From the NCBI GenBank assembly GCA_937861125.1, contig CALMAY010000037.1, positions 68,941 through 132,940 of the forward strand: a DNA stretch of 64,000 bases. Reading direction: 5' to 3'. The stretch is from an uncultured bacterium (GTDB lineage: Bacteria; Patescibacteriota; Patescibacteriia; Magasanikbacterales; UBA922). Position 1 is the stretch's first letter; every line of letters starts with the position of its first letter. Made by a program: the position numbers and the translations under genes. Positions 7,520 through 17,558 of the stretch are shown here, one piece after another. The notes beneath the pieces were generated by a model that saw only the letters and a list, made by a program, of their open reading frames with translations, had not been told where the DNA came from and did no database searches.

Positions 7520-10402
7520 ATGACCAAAATCACACTGACCCGCAAACGAGATGGGTCAATCGCCGATTTCAAACGAGAAAAAATCACCTCCGCTATGCGA
7601 GGCGCCTTTATGGAAGTCAAAGGCACTGCTGACGAACTTTTGTTATCAAATTTAACTGACAATGTATTGGAAGTACTTGATGTTGCATACGGCGAAGAAG
7701 GAATTGCCTCAGTAGAACGCGTACAAGACGCAGTAGAACAAGTACTCATGAAAGAAGGATACTTTGATGTAGCCAAAGCCTACATCATCTACCGCTACTC
7801 ACACGAAAAAGTACGCGAACAAAAACGTGAAGAAGTAGTAAAGAAGATTGAAGAAGAAGGACTGATGATTACCAAACGCAACGGACAAACCGCACCATTT
7901 AGTAGCGAAAAGCTCGCTTCATTTGTGCGTAAATTCCTCACAGGACTCGATACCTCAGCTATCAATGTCGACATGCTTGTCCGACAATGTAAAGCTGACC
8001 TCTATGAAGGTATTAAATCTCGTGATATACAAAAAGCAATCGTACTTGCAGCTCGCTCTCATATTGAACGAGATCCAGACTACTCTCGTCTCGCTGCACG
8101 CATGTTACTTGATCTACATCTCAAAGAAATTATTGGCAAAGATACGATTGATTATGCTGATTTGGAAAATCAACATCGTATTGCGTTTATCGCCTACATT
8201 CAACGTGGCGTCCAAATTGGTCTCCTCGACCCACGCATGCTTACATTTGATCTCACCAAAGTAAGTAAAGCACTCAAACTCGATCGCGACAATCTCTTTG
8301 ATTATCTCGGTGCACAAACACTGGCAGAGCGCTACTGTCTTGCAGATCCAAAAACAAAACAAGTTCTCGAAACACCACAAATGTTTTGGATGCGTGTCTC
8401 TATGGGACTCTGCCTGCTCGAGGGTGCACAAAAAGAAGACGTAGCAATCAAGTTTTACGAACAACACTCGAGCATGCGTTGGATCTCATCCTCTCCAACA
8501 CTCTTTAATGCTGGTACTACACACGCACAGCTCTCATCATGTTATCTGACAACTGTAGTAGATGATCTCCATCACATCTTTAAATGTATGGGAGACAATG
8601 CACAACTTGCGAAATTCTCAGGCGGCATTGGAAACGACTGGAGTAACTTGCGTGCAACCGGCGCTCGTATCAAATCAACCAACATCGAATCTCAAGGTGT
8701 GATTCCATTCCTCAAAATCGCAAACGACACAACTGTTGCAATTAATCGCAGTGGACGTCGTCGCGGTGCTACTGTTGCCTACCTCGAAACATGGCACTTT
8801 GATATCGAAGAGTTTTTGGAGCTTCGCAAAAACACTGGTGATGAACGACGTCGCACACATGATATGAACACTTGTAACTGGATTCCTGATTTGTTTATGA
8901 AACGTGTGCGTGACGATGGTGAATGGACACTCTTTTCTCCTGATGAGGTACCAGAACTCCATCATGTCTACGGCAAAGAATTTGAACGTCGCTATACTGC
9001 ATATGAAGCAAAAGCAAAACGTGGCGAAATATATCTTCACAAAACTATCAAAGCAAAAGATCTCTGGAGAAAAATGATCAGCATGCTCTTTGAGACCGGA
9101 CACCCTTGGATGACTTGGAAAGATGCATGTAATGTTCGCTCACCGCAGGACCATGTTGGGGTTGTTCACAGTAGTAATCTCTGTACAGAAATTACACTCA
9201 ACACAAGTGCCGATGAGACGGCAGTATGCAACCTTGGTTCAATTGATTTGGGCAAACACATTACCAATGGCGCCCTAGATCTACAGCTCCTCGAAGAAAC
9301 CACCAAAATTGGTATGCACATGCTCGATAATGTAATCGATCTCTGCTACTACCCAACAAAAGAAGCAAAAGAAAGTAACCTAAAACACCGTCCGGTAGGA
9401 CTCGGCATCATGGGTTTCCAAGACGCTCTCTACAAGCTCAATATCAACTTTGAATCAGAGGCTGCAGTGACATTTGCTGACCGTAGTATGGAGGCAATTT
9501 CATACTTTGCTATCACCGCAAGCTGCTTGCTCGCCAAAGAGCGCGGACCATACATGAGTTTCCGTGGTAGTAAATGGGATCGCGGCATCTTACCACTTGA
9601 TACACTCAACACATTAGAGACAGAACGTGGTGAGCAAATTCCAGTGGATCGATCTACAACGATGAAGTGGGATGTTGTCCGTCAAATGATCAGAGAATAC
9701 GGTATGCGCAACAGCAACTGTATGGCACTCGCACCAACCGCCTCTATCTCCACCATCTCAGGATGTTTCCCGACACTTGAACCAATTTACAAAAACATCT
9801 ACGTCAAAAGTAACATCACTGGTGAATTTACCGTCGTCAATGAGTACCTGGTCGCTGATCTCAAAGCACGCGATCTCTGGGATGAATCAATGCTCAACGA
9901 AATCAAACGTCAAAATGGAAGCATCGGGAACATTGTTCGTATTCCAGCAGAACTCAAAGAAAAATACAAAGAAGTGTTTGATATCAACCCACTCCACCTC
10001 GTCAAAGTCAGTGCCTATCGTGGTAAATGGATTGATCAAGCACAATCGTTCAACATTTTCTACAAAGGCACATCTGGTAAAGAGCTCACTGATGTCTACT
10101 TCTACGCATGGCAGATGGGTCTCAAAACAACCTACTATCTGCGCACAATGGCTGCAAGTAATGTTGAAAAATCCACGATTGCACTGGATACCAACGCAAC
10201 TGGTGCAAAAAGCACTAACGCAGTTCAGCCAACAGCGGTACCAGCACCAACCATAACACTGCCAACTCCACCAACCCCAACACCAGTCACCACCGCAAGC
10301 ACACCAACACCAGCCCCATCAAGTGAAATGGTCATTGGTGCAGATGGTGTCCCAGTCAAACTTTGCAAGATAAACGACCCAGATTGTCTTGCTTGTCAGT
10401 AA
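7520..10402 (+). CDS. nrdA: Ribonucleoside-diphosphate reductase class Ia alpha subunit with N-terminal ATP-cone
   Basis: ATP-cone (ITLTRKRDGSIADFKREKI), active-site region NLCTEI, and C-terminal CLACQ after a Pro/Thr-rich linker. Start moved to MTKITL. Confidence 0.95.
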   Translation: MTKITLTRKRDGSIADFKREKITSAMRGAFMEVKGTADELLLSNLTDNVLEVLDVAYGEEGIASVERVQDAVEQVLMKEGYFDVAKAYIIYRYSHEKVREQKREEVVKKIEEEGLMITKRNGQTAPFSSEKLASFVRKFLTGLDTSAINVDMLVRQCKADLYEGIKSRDIQKAIVLAARSHIERDPDYSRLAARMLLDLHLKEIIGKDTIDYADLENQHRIAFIAYIQRGVQIGLLDPRMLTFDLTKVSKALKLDRDNLFDYLGAQTLAERYCLADPKTKQVLETPQMFWMRVSMGLCLLEGAQKEDVAIKFYEQHSSMRWISSSPTLFNAGTTHAQLSSCYLTTVVDDLHHIFKCMGDNAQLAKFSGGIGNDWSNLRATGARIKSTNIESQGVIPFLKIANDTTVAINRSGRRRGATVAYLETWHFDIEEFLELRKNTGDERRRTHDMNTCNWIPDLFMKRVRDDGEWTLFSPDEVPELHHVYGKEFERRYTAYEAKAKRGEIYLHKTIKAKDLWRKMISMLFETGHPWMTWKDACNVRSPQDHVGVVHSSNLCTEITLNTSADETAVCNLGSIDLGKHITNGALDLQLLEETTKIGMHMLDNVIDLCYYPTKEAKESNLKHRPVGLGIMGFQDALYKLNINFESEAAVTFADRSMEAISYFAITASCLLAKERGPYMSFRGSKWDRGILPLDTLNTLETERGEQIPVDRSTTMKWDVVRQMIREYGMRNSNCMALAPTASISTISGCFPTLEPIYKNIYVKSNITGEFTVVNEYLVADLKARDLWDESMLNEIKRQNGSIGNIVRIPAELKEKYKEVFDINPLHLVKVSAYRGKWIDQAQSFNIFYKGTSGKELTDVYFYAWQMGLKTTYYLRTMAASNVEKSTIALDTNATGAKSTNAVQPTAVPAPTITLPTPPTPTPVTTASTPTPAPSSEMVIGADGVPVKLCKINDPDCLACQ

Positions 10403-10413
10403 GTTTCATCATT

Positions 10414-11424
10414 ATGAACAACTCAGGAATTCTCAACAATTCAACAGTTGACCCAAACAAAATTCTCCCCATGAGATATAAATGGGCACGTGAATACTAC
10501 AAAGCGGGTGTCGCCAACAACTGGACACCAGAAGAAGTGCCAATGATGGATGATATAGAGCTCTGGAAAAAAACCCCAGATCGTGGCGGTCTCTCACCTG
10601 ACGAACGTCGCATGATTCTCTGGAATCTCGGCTTCTTTTCCACTGCTGAGAGTCTTACCGCCAACAACATTGTCCTCGCAGTCTACCGTCACGTGACCAA
10701 TCCAGAATGCCGCCAATACCTTCTGCGTCAGGCATTTGAGGAATCCATCCACACAGACATGTTTATCTACGCCTGTGACTCACTTGGACTTGACCCAGAC
10801 GAGATATACAACATGTACTTTACGATCCCAAGTATCAAAGCCAAAGATGACTTTGTCATTGAAATGACTCAATCAATCTTGCAACCAACGTTTGAAACCA
10901 AAACACCAGAGGATGTACAACGATTTGTCCATGATCTCGTCGGATACTATGTGATCATGGAGGGTATCTTCTTCTACGCTGGATTTGCGATGATGCTCAA
11001 CATGCTGCGCAACCACAAGATGATTGGTGTAGGTGAACAGTTCCAATACACACTTCGTGATGAAAGTATCCACCTCGCATTTGGCTCAGACTTGATCAAC
11101 ACGATTGTGCAGGAAAATCCTGAAATCTGGACAGCAGAGTTCCAAGCTGATTTGGTACAAAAAATCAAAAAAGCAGTCGACCTCGAGGACGCATACGCTC
11201 GCGATGCACTCCCTGTAGGTATCATGGGTATGAATCCTACTATCATCCGTGAATACCTCGAACACATCGCCGATCGCCGTCTCGAACGCATCGGCCTACC
11301 AAAACAATACGGTACCGCCAACCCATTTCCATGGATGAGTGAAATCGTTGACCTCAAGAAAGAAAAGAACTTCTTTGAGACTCGTGTGACTGAGTACCAG
11401 ACTGCTGGAAATCTCGAGTGGTAA
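10414..11424 (+). CDS. nrdB: Ribonucleoside-diphosphate reductase beta subunit
   Basis: Di-iron ligand motifs EESIHTD and RDESIHL. It follows nrdA by 11 nt. Confidence 0.95.
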   Translation: MNNSGILNNSTVDPNKILPMRYKWAREYYKAGVANNWTPEEVPMMDDIELWKKTPDRGGLSPDERRMILWNLGFFSTAESLTANNIVLAVYRHVTNPECRQYLLRQAFEESIHTDMFIYACDSLGLDPDEIYNMYFTIPSIKAKDDFVIEMTQSILQPTFETKTPEDVQRFVHDLVGYYVIMEGIFFYAGFAMMLNMLRNHKMIGVGEQFQYTLRDESIHLAFGSDLINTIVQENPEIWTAEFQADLVQKIKKAVDLEDAYARDALPVGIMGMNPTIIREYLEHIADRRLERIGLPKQYGTANPFPWMSEIVDLKKEKNFFETRVTEYQTAGNLEW

Positions 11425-11440
11425 ACTAGTCTAAAAATAC

Positions 11441-11468
11441 AAAAAACCGCTAAATCTAGCGGTTTTTT
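11441..11468 (+). terminator. Intrinsic terminator after nrdB
   Basis: A6, hairpin CCGCTA-aatc-TAGCGG, then T6. Confidence 0.8.
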
Positions 11469-11490
11469 GTTATTTATCCACTATCAAACA

Positions 11491-11517
11491 TTGACAACTC
11501 TCTCTCTTTGCTATAAT
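11491..11517 (+). promoter_or_regulatory. Cassette promoter P3
   Basis: TTGACA, a 15-nt spacer A(CT)5TTGC, then TATAAT. The upstream block GTTATTTATCCACT is shared with P2. Confidence 0.7.
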
Positions 11518-11573
11518 CAGCTGTTCCTCATGCAATTCGACAATTCCGTCGAAGAGGGACGTAAGAAGAAACA

Positions 11574-11831
11574 ATGAATCCTGGTCCTGATGACGTCGTG
11601 GCATGGGTGTGTCTTCTGGTCATCCTCTGTGGTGTCGTGGGCGGGTTGGTACACGCCTACACCCAAAACAATCACTTATGGGAACAGTTGATCGACAGCA
11701 CCCCCGAAGAAAAAAAGGGGGTCATTGAAGAAAGACGGAAAGAAAGCACACACACTACAACTAGTACCTGGTCGACTGTACTCATCGCTTTCATTGTCCT
11801 CTTTTTTGTACGCGCTGGCTGCATCGCGTAA
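11574..11831 (+). CDS. 85-aa two-TM small membrane protein
   Basis: An ORF-track entry lying between P3 and T3. It has N- and C-terminal hydrophobic helices and a charged middle. Confidence 0.55.
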   Translation: MNPGPDDVVAWVCLLVILCGVVGGLVHAYTQNNHLWEQLIDSTPEEKKGVIEERRKESTHTTTSTWSTVLIAFIVLFFVRAGCIA

Positions 11832-11877
11832 AGGGCCGCCCCTGGTAGGCTCGCCCACCGAGTTTCGGCACAATCAA

Positions 11878-11947
11878 CCGTTCGACCCTCGCGCAATATA
11901 TTTACTTTGTGAATATATTGCGGGAGGATTTGGTCGAGCGGTTTTTT
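11878..11947 (+). terminator. Conserved bulged terminator hairpin T3
   Basis: Lower stem is CCGTTCGACC/GGTCGAGCGG, upper stem is CTCGCGCAATATATT/AATATATTGCGGGAG, with bulge GATTT and a T6 run. Confidence 0.75.
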
Positions 11948-12191
11948 GTTATCTAAATAATACCCACTAAACACGTTCCCTCCTCTCGTAAAGGAGGGAC
12001 AGGGAGGAGTTACACTCACTATCTGGCACACGATAAACGCTACAGACACCCCTAACCCTTCCCTACTAAGGAGAAGAACGTATTTAGTTTATTTTGATAC
12101 AAAACACACTTCATACATCACAAACAAAATATTATCTTCTATACGAAATACGTTGTACGAAATACACCAAAAATGGTACAATACACGCACT

Positions 12192-13910
12192 ATGCTGCAG
12201 CCAAAACTATTTTCATCACTGCTTGAAAGTGTATTTGTATTAACACCCGAACAAATTGCACAATATCAAGAAGCAGCAGACAAGCTCAAGAAACCACTTG
12301 AGCTGTATTTGCGTGAAGAAAAAATAATTGATGAAGAAAAATTATATACTGCCGCAGCACAAACTCTCGGTAAACAACTCATCACACTGCGTGATAAAGA
12401 TATTACCGAAGACATACTCCACCTCATCCCCGTCACCCTCGCCGAGACACATCAACTCATCGCCTACGAAAAAACCGATACTACTATATCACTCGCCATG
12501 CTTGATCCTGAGGACATGCAAACGATTGAGTTTATCCATCGCAAAACGGGTCTGATGCCAACAGTTGTCATGAGTACACCGAGTGAGATGAAAGAAGCGC
12601 TCAAGAGATATCACATGAACGTCAAAGAGGATCTGACATTTCTCAAAGAGACACCAAGTGAACCAGGAGACCTCAAAAAAGCAGCAGAGGAACTCCCAGT
12701 AGTTCGTGTCGTCAACTCTATCCTCGAACATGCTATTTACGAGGGAGGAAGTGATATCCATATCGAACCACACGAGACAGAAGTAATTGTTCGCTACCGC
12801 ATTGATGGTGAACTCAAAGAAGTGATGAACCTCCCAAAGACTATTGCAGCAGGTATCATTGCTCGTATCAAGATTTTGAGCAATCTCAAAATCGATGAAC
12901 ATATGATCCCCCAAGACGGTCGCTTCAAAACAAAAATTGATGAGGAGTCGTTTGCATTTCGTGTCTCCACCATCCCAGTATATGACGGAGAAAAGATCGT
13001 CATGCGTATTCTCAGAGAGGGACAAAAACCGCTTTCATTGGACCAGCTCGGATTTCTCCCAGAACCACGTAAACTTCTCGAAGAGGCGATGGGAAAACCA
13101 CATGGGATGATCCTCGTCACAGGACCAACAGGAAGTGGAAAGACCACTACACTCTACTCAGTACTTGGTATTCTCAATACCCCAGATGTAAATATCTCCA
13201 CAGTAGAAGATCCAATCGAATATCACGTCGCTGGTATCAACCAAAGTCAGATCAACCCTCGCGTCAACTACACATTTGCAGCCGGTCTACGTGCTTTTCT
13301 TCGTCAAGATCCAGATATCATTATGGTCGGAGAAATCCGTGACGAGGAGACAGCAGAGGTCGCCGTACATGCCGCCATGACAGGACACCTCGTGCTCTCA
13401 ACTCTGCACACCAACGACGCACCAACGACCCTTCCTCGTCTGATGGATATGGGTATTCCACCATTTCTCGTCGCCTTTACTGCAAATATTATTATCGCAC
13501 AACGTTTAGTTCGAAAAATCTGCCAATACTGCAAAGTAGAATATCAAATGACCAAAGGTGAAATAGAAGAGTTAGAAAAAACATTCAAGACGGATGAAAT
13601 GGCTAAACTATTTACTGCGCACGGTATCAAACTCCCTGCTAAAGAAAAAAATCTTTCCTCCATGACGTTTTATCGCGGTGAAGGATGCAGTAAATGCAAC
13701 AAAAGCGGATACAAAGGACGCCTAGGAATATATGAAGTACTCTCAGTGGACAAAGATATCGCCAAACTCATCAATGAACGAGCGACTGCACGCGAGATCG
13801 GAGACTTTGCCAAAAGTCACGGAATGGTAACCATCTTACAAGACGGTTTGATCAAAGCGAAACAAGGTATCACTACAGTAGAAGAAGTACTGAGTGCAAC
13901 TCGTGAATAA
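12192..13910 (+). CDS. pilB: Type IV pilus assembly ATPase PilB (GspE family)
   Basis: Walker A GPTGSGKTT, Asp/His boxes, and the tetracysteine CxxC...CxxC. ATG 12192 is chosen because of the adjacent extended -10. Confidence 0.9.
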   Translation: MLQPKLFSSLLESVFVLTPEQIAQYQEAADKLKKPLELYLREEKIIDEEKLYTAAAQTLGKQLITLRDKDITEDILHLIPVTLAETHQLIAYEKTDTTISLAMLDPEDMQTIEFIHRKTGLMPTVVMSTPSEMKEALKRYHMNVKEDLTFLKETPSEPGDLKKAAEELPVVRVVNSILEHAIYEGGSDIHIEPHETEVIVRYRIDGELKEVMNLPKTIAAGIIARIKILSNLKIDEHMIPQDGRFKTKIDEESFAFRVSTIPVYDGEKIVMRILREGQKPLSLDQLGFLPEPRKLLEEAMGKPHGMILVTGPTGSGKTTTLYSVLGILNTPDVNISTVEDPIEYHVAGINQSQINPRVNYTFAAGLRAFLRQDPDIIMVGEIRDEETAEVAVHAAMTGHLVLSTLHTNDAPTTLPRLMDMGIPPFLVAFTANIIIAQRLVRKICQYCKVEYQMTKGEIEELEKTFKTDEMAKLFTAHGIKLPAKEKNLSSMTFYRGEGCSKCNKSGYKGRLGIYEVLSVDKDIAKLINERATAREIGDFAKSHGMVTILQDGLIKAKQGITTVEEVLSATRE

Positions 13911-13918
13911 TATACAAT

Positions 13919-15025
13919 ATGCCAGAAGAACAACAAGTAAAACCACTTACCAAAATAGATGAATTTCTCATCAAACTCACTCGTATCAAATTTACTGAGA
14001 AGATTTTTTTTGTCGATCATATTCGTACGATGATCAAAGCAGGGCTCTCACTTGTAGAAGCACTCTCAATTATGGAAAAAGAGATGTCCAATAAAAAATT
14101 TCAACGCATTACTCACCAGATCAAAGAACGTATTGAAAAAGGACAGCCGCTCTCTGAAACACTTGCACTCTACCCAGATGTATTTCCGCCCATCTATGTC
14201 AACATGATTTCAGCTGGTGAAATGTCTGGAAAACTCGAAGAGGCTCTCAACCAAACTGTCGTACAGATGAAAAAAAGCTACGAACTGATGAGCAGTATTC
14301 GAGGGGCAATGATTTACCCTGCAGTAATTATGACTGCTATGGCAGGCGTTGGGGTACTCATGACCACCGTTGTATTACCAAAATTGTTGGAAATTTTTAA
14401 AGACTTTGATGCTGAACTTCCACTCCCAACCAAGATACTGATTGCTCTCGTAGACTTCTTTAGTAACCCTGTGACAATCATGCTTTGCACCATTGGCCTC
14501 GTCGGTGGTGTAAGTGTATTCATTCGCATGATGAAAAAAAGTCCATCATTTAAACACTCAGTGCACGCATTACTACTACGTTTACCAATTTTTGGTGCCG
14601 TGATGAAAAAAATTAACCTTGCAAAGTTCTCTCTTACGCTCTCTTCACTTCTTCAAAGTGCCATTCCTATTATTGATGCACTCCGTATCACAGGTGACAC
14701 CTGTGGCAATGTACTTTTTCGAGATGCACTCCATGGCGCAGCTGAGGAAATCAAAGACGGTGCTCCACTCTCAGAAGTACTTCGTAAAAGTCCAAATTTA
14801 TTTCCACCAATGGTGACTGAGATGGTGATGGTCGGTGAACGCTCCGGTGAAGTCGAATCACTCTTACACGAACTCGCCTTGTTTTATAGCGATGAGGTAG
14901 ACAAGACGATGAAAAACTTTTCTACTATTATTGAACCAGTAATTATCTTGATTCTCGGTATGGCAGTCGCCGGTATCGCTCTTGCGGTAATGATGCCGAT
15001 GATGTCACTGGTACAAAATTTCTAA
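13919..15025 (+). CDS. pilC: Type IV pilus platform protein PilC (GspF family)
   Basis: 368 aa with two GspF repeats (YPAVIM..., EPVIILILG). Confidence 0.9.
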   Translation: MPEEQQVKPLTKIDEFLIKLTRIKFTEKIFFVDHIRTMIKAGLSLVEALSIMEKEMSNKKFQRITHQIKERIEKGQPLSETLALYPDVFPPIYVNMISAGEMSGKLEEALNQTVVQMKKSYELMSSIRGAMIYPAVIMTAMAGVGVLMTTVVLPKLLEIFKDFDAELPLPTKILIALVDFFSNPVTIMLCTIGLVGGVSVFIRMMKKSPSFKHSVHALLLRLPIFGAVMKKINLAKFSLTLSSLLQSAIPIIDALRITGDTCGNVLFRDALHGAAEEIKDGAPLSEVLRKSPNLFPPMVTEMVMVGERSGEVESLLHELALFYSDEVDKTMKNFSTIIEPVIILILGMAVAGIALAVMMPMMSLVQNF

Positions 15026-15027
15026 CT

Positions 15028-16137
15028 ATGTTTGACAGCCCGTTTGACAGCGCCTTTGGACTGGACATCTCTGATTTGTCTATCAAGATAGTACAGCTCA
15101 AAAATATGACCTCGCGTCGTCGTAGCGTCTCATTTGATGTCTCTTTGTGCGCGTCATCACCACTGCCACCAGGGCTTATTGTCAACGGAGAAATCATGGA
15201 ACCAGAAAAGGTGCGTCTCGCCATCCAAGACCTCCTCCATGGACCAAACGAACAAAAAGAACCTCGTATCAACAGTAACTGGGTCGTCGTCTCACTCCCC
15301 GATACACAGAGCTTTTTCAAACGCATCACCTATCCAGGTGATATCACCTCTATCACAGAGGCGGAAATTATCACACTTGCCAAACAACACATGCCATTTG
15401 AAGAAAGTACACACATGCTCGATTGGCAGTTACTTCCTCATGATGATACAAACAAAAAACATACACATATTCTCATTGGTGCAATCCCAAAACACATTGC
15501 CAATACCTATACTTTTTTGTGTGAGAGCCTCAATCTCAATGTAATTGCCCTAGAGCTTGAACCACTTGCTGTCGCCCGTGCCATGATCACTGCCAACAAA
15601 AGCTATGAAAATGAAGCACGTGCTATCCTGGATCTTGGTGCGACTCGCTCGAGCCTCATCATTTATGACAATGATAGTGTTCAGTTTAGTATCTCTATCC
15701 CCTTTTCCGGAGAATTAATCACTACCACTATTTCTCAAAAACTCGGCATTCCTTACGCCGAAGCAGAAGAAAAAAAACGCTCAACTGGACTCGATGCTAC
15801 CAGTGGAAACAAATCTGTCTTTGACATTATTGCACAGATGACCACACAGCTTGCTGACGATATCAAAAAAGCAATCGCATTCTACGACAGCCATTTTGAA
15901 GAAACCAACCACATCACTCACATAACCATGTGTGGTGGTACCACCAACATCAAACAACTCGATACTGTCCTGACCCAAGCACTTGGCATCGAATCACGCC
16001 CAGGCAAGGTATTTAAAAATCTCAATACAAATAAACCACTCCCACTCAGTGACGAAGCAGCACTCTCATATGCGTCTGCCATTGGTCTCGCACTACGTGC
16101 AGCAGACGACCCGTTCTTGGATCGTGACATGATATAG
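15028..16137 (+). CDS. pilM: Type IV pilus assembly protein PilM (actin-like)
   Basis: N-terminus FGLDISDLSIKIVQL, LDLGATRSSL, and MCGGTTNI. Confidence 0.8.
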   Translation: MFDSPFDSAFGLDISDLSIKIVQLKNMTSRRRSVSFDVSLCASSPLPPGLIVNGEIMEPEKVRLAIQDLLHGPNEQKEPRINSNWVVVSLPDTQSFFKRITYPGDITSITEAEIITLAKQHMPFEESTHMLDWQLLPHDDTNKKHTHILIGAIPKHIANTYTFLCESLNLNVIALELEPLAVARAMITANKSYENEARAILDLGATRSSLIIYDNDSVQFSISIPFSGELITTTISQKLGIPYAEAEEKKRSTGLDATSGNKSVFDIIAQMTTQLADDIKKAIAFYDSHFEETNHITHITMCGGTTNIKQLDTVLTQALGIESRPGKVFKNLNTNKPLPLSDEAALSYASAIGLALRAADDPFLDRDMI

Positions 16138-16143
16138 ACATAT

Positions 16144-16671
16144 ATGCTTCCTACTAGACTCAATTTTCTCCCAAAAGATAAACAACGATACCTTCATCAA
16201 GCGGTGATTGGGTCTGTGACCACACGCATACTCGAAACCGTATTGCTCTGTTTATGTGTTTGTACAATTGCCATTCTTTTGGGATATTTATTTATCGAAA
16301 GCCATTACCGCCGTGTCGCCGAAAGCACGATCAACATAGAAACACAACACACCGGACAAGGACAGACAATTCGCGAAGCGAACTACCTCATCGAACAAAC
16401 GTACGCAATTGAAAAACAGACACCACTCTTAACACCGCTCATTCTCAGTATCACAGAAGTAATACCCAGTGACGTCACACTGGACCAACTCCGTATTGAT
16501 GTAACCAAAAAAGAGATATCTATCAGTGGCATTGCCAAAACACGCGATGCGTACCTTGCACTCGAAACAGCGTTAGGCACTATTTCTTTTATTGAACATA
16601 TCCAAATTCCTCTCTCTGACCTCACCCAAAAAACAGATATCGGTTTTTCGTTTACGATGACCATGCGTTAA
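16144..16671 (+). CDS. pilN: PilN-like pilus assembly protein
   Basis: N-terminal RLNFLPKDKQ followed by a single TM. Its position after pilM supports the call. Confidence 0.6.
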   Translation: MLPTRLNFLPKDKQRYLHQAVIGSVTTRILETVLLCLCVCTIAILLGYLFIESHYRRVAESTINIETQHTGQGQTIREANYLIEQTYAIEKQTPLLTPLILSITEVIPSDVTLDQLRIDVTKKEISISGIAKTRDAYLALETALGTISFIEHIQIPLSDLTQKTDIGFSFTMTMR

Positions 16672-16674
16672 TAT

Positions 16675-17253
16675 ATGTTTTCTTTTTATCAAAAGCTATC
16701 ATCACAACACCAGCGTATTCTCATCACGCTTCTTCTAGGAATAACGATTACCTCTGTGATGATTATCGCTGTTCCTACCGCACGCGCTATTTTGATGCGA
16801 CACAGTGAGATAACATCAGCACTCGAACTGATGGAACAACAGTACCAAGCAGCGCAAAAATCAAAACGAACACTCCGAGAACTTTCCACCGTACTTGATC
16901 GTATCGCCCCATTTTCTGCTTCCTACCTCAAAACAGAAAATGAGCGTCAATTTATCACCAAGATAGAATCTCTTGCTGCAACACACAATATCACACAAAC
17001 ATTTTCTATTGAACCAACAAAAGCACAAAAAGGTATACGTGGCAACGCCTATGCCCTCAATGTACGCGCACAAGGTACATACGCCGATCTCATCACCTAC
17101 CTCCACGCACTCCAACAACAAAACATCACCATTTCACTTACTACTGTAGAATTTAGTGCTGCGACGAGCGGGCGTCGTGGTGGAGCGCAAGCAGAAACTC
17201 CATCATCACACATCTCACTTCAATTTTCAGGATTCCTCTATGCAGCTCGGTAA
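16675..17253 (+). CDS. PilO-like pilus assembly protein
   Basis: Single N-terminal TM, a coiled segment and a C-terminal domain. The call rests on position and architecture only. Confidence 0.45.
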   Translation: MFSFYQKLSSQHQRILITLLLGITITSVMIIAVPTARAILMRHSEITSALELMEQQYQAAQKSKRTLRELSTVLDRIAPFSASYLKTENERQFITKIESLAATHNITQTFSIEPTKAQKGIRGNAYALNVRAQGTYADLITYLHALQQQNITISLTTVEFSAATSGRRGGAQAETPSSHISLQFSGFLYAAR

Positions 17254-17551
17254 AAAACCTACCAATCCACTACTTCAAACAGTCGAATATAAACACTTCG
17301 GCCTGATTCGAAGTCTACGCATCGCCGTACTTATATGTGAGATATTGATTTCTCTGGGCGTCGTCTGGTTTTTGTACACAAAGACATATGCAGCGGTAGA
17401 TGATATTCAAACCGTTGTCCTCCTCAAAGAATACTCCACCAATCAAACAATCCCCTTTGACACCCTTGACAAACTCGATGAAATGTGGGACAAACGTCAT
17501 AGTGAAACACTTCAACCTGTGCAACGCAACCCATTTATTCAAGCACCGTAA
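17240..17551 (+). CDS. Hypothetical single-TM protein, last gene of the pilus operon
   Basis: Start moved to MQLGKKPTN (ATG 17240), overlapping the pilO-like stop. There is one TM (IAVLICEILISLGVVWFLY). Confidence 0.45.
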   Translation: MQLGKKPTNPLLQTVEYKHFGLIRSLRIAVLICEILISLGVVWFLYTKTYAAVDDIQTVVLLKEYSTNQTIPFDTLDKLDEMWDKRHSETLQPVQRNPFIQAP

Positions 17552-17558
17552 TACTGAC

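Noticed and set aside
11672-12049. 125-aa minus-strand ORF.
   Set aside because: It is antisense to cassette 3 (its ORF and terminator) and crosses a strong hairpin, with no start signals. It is most likely spurious.
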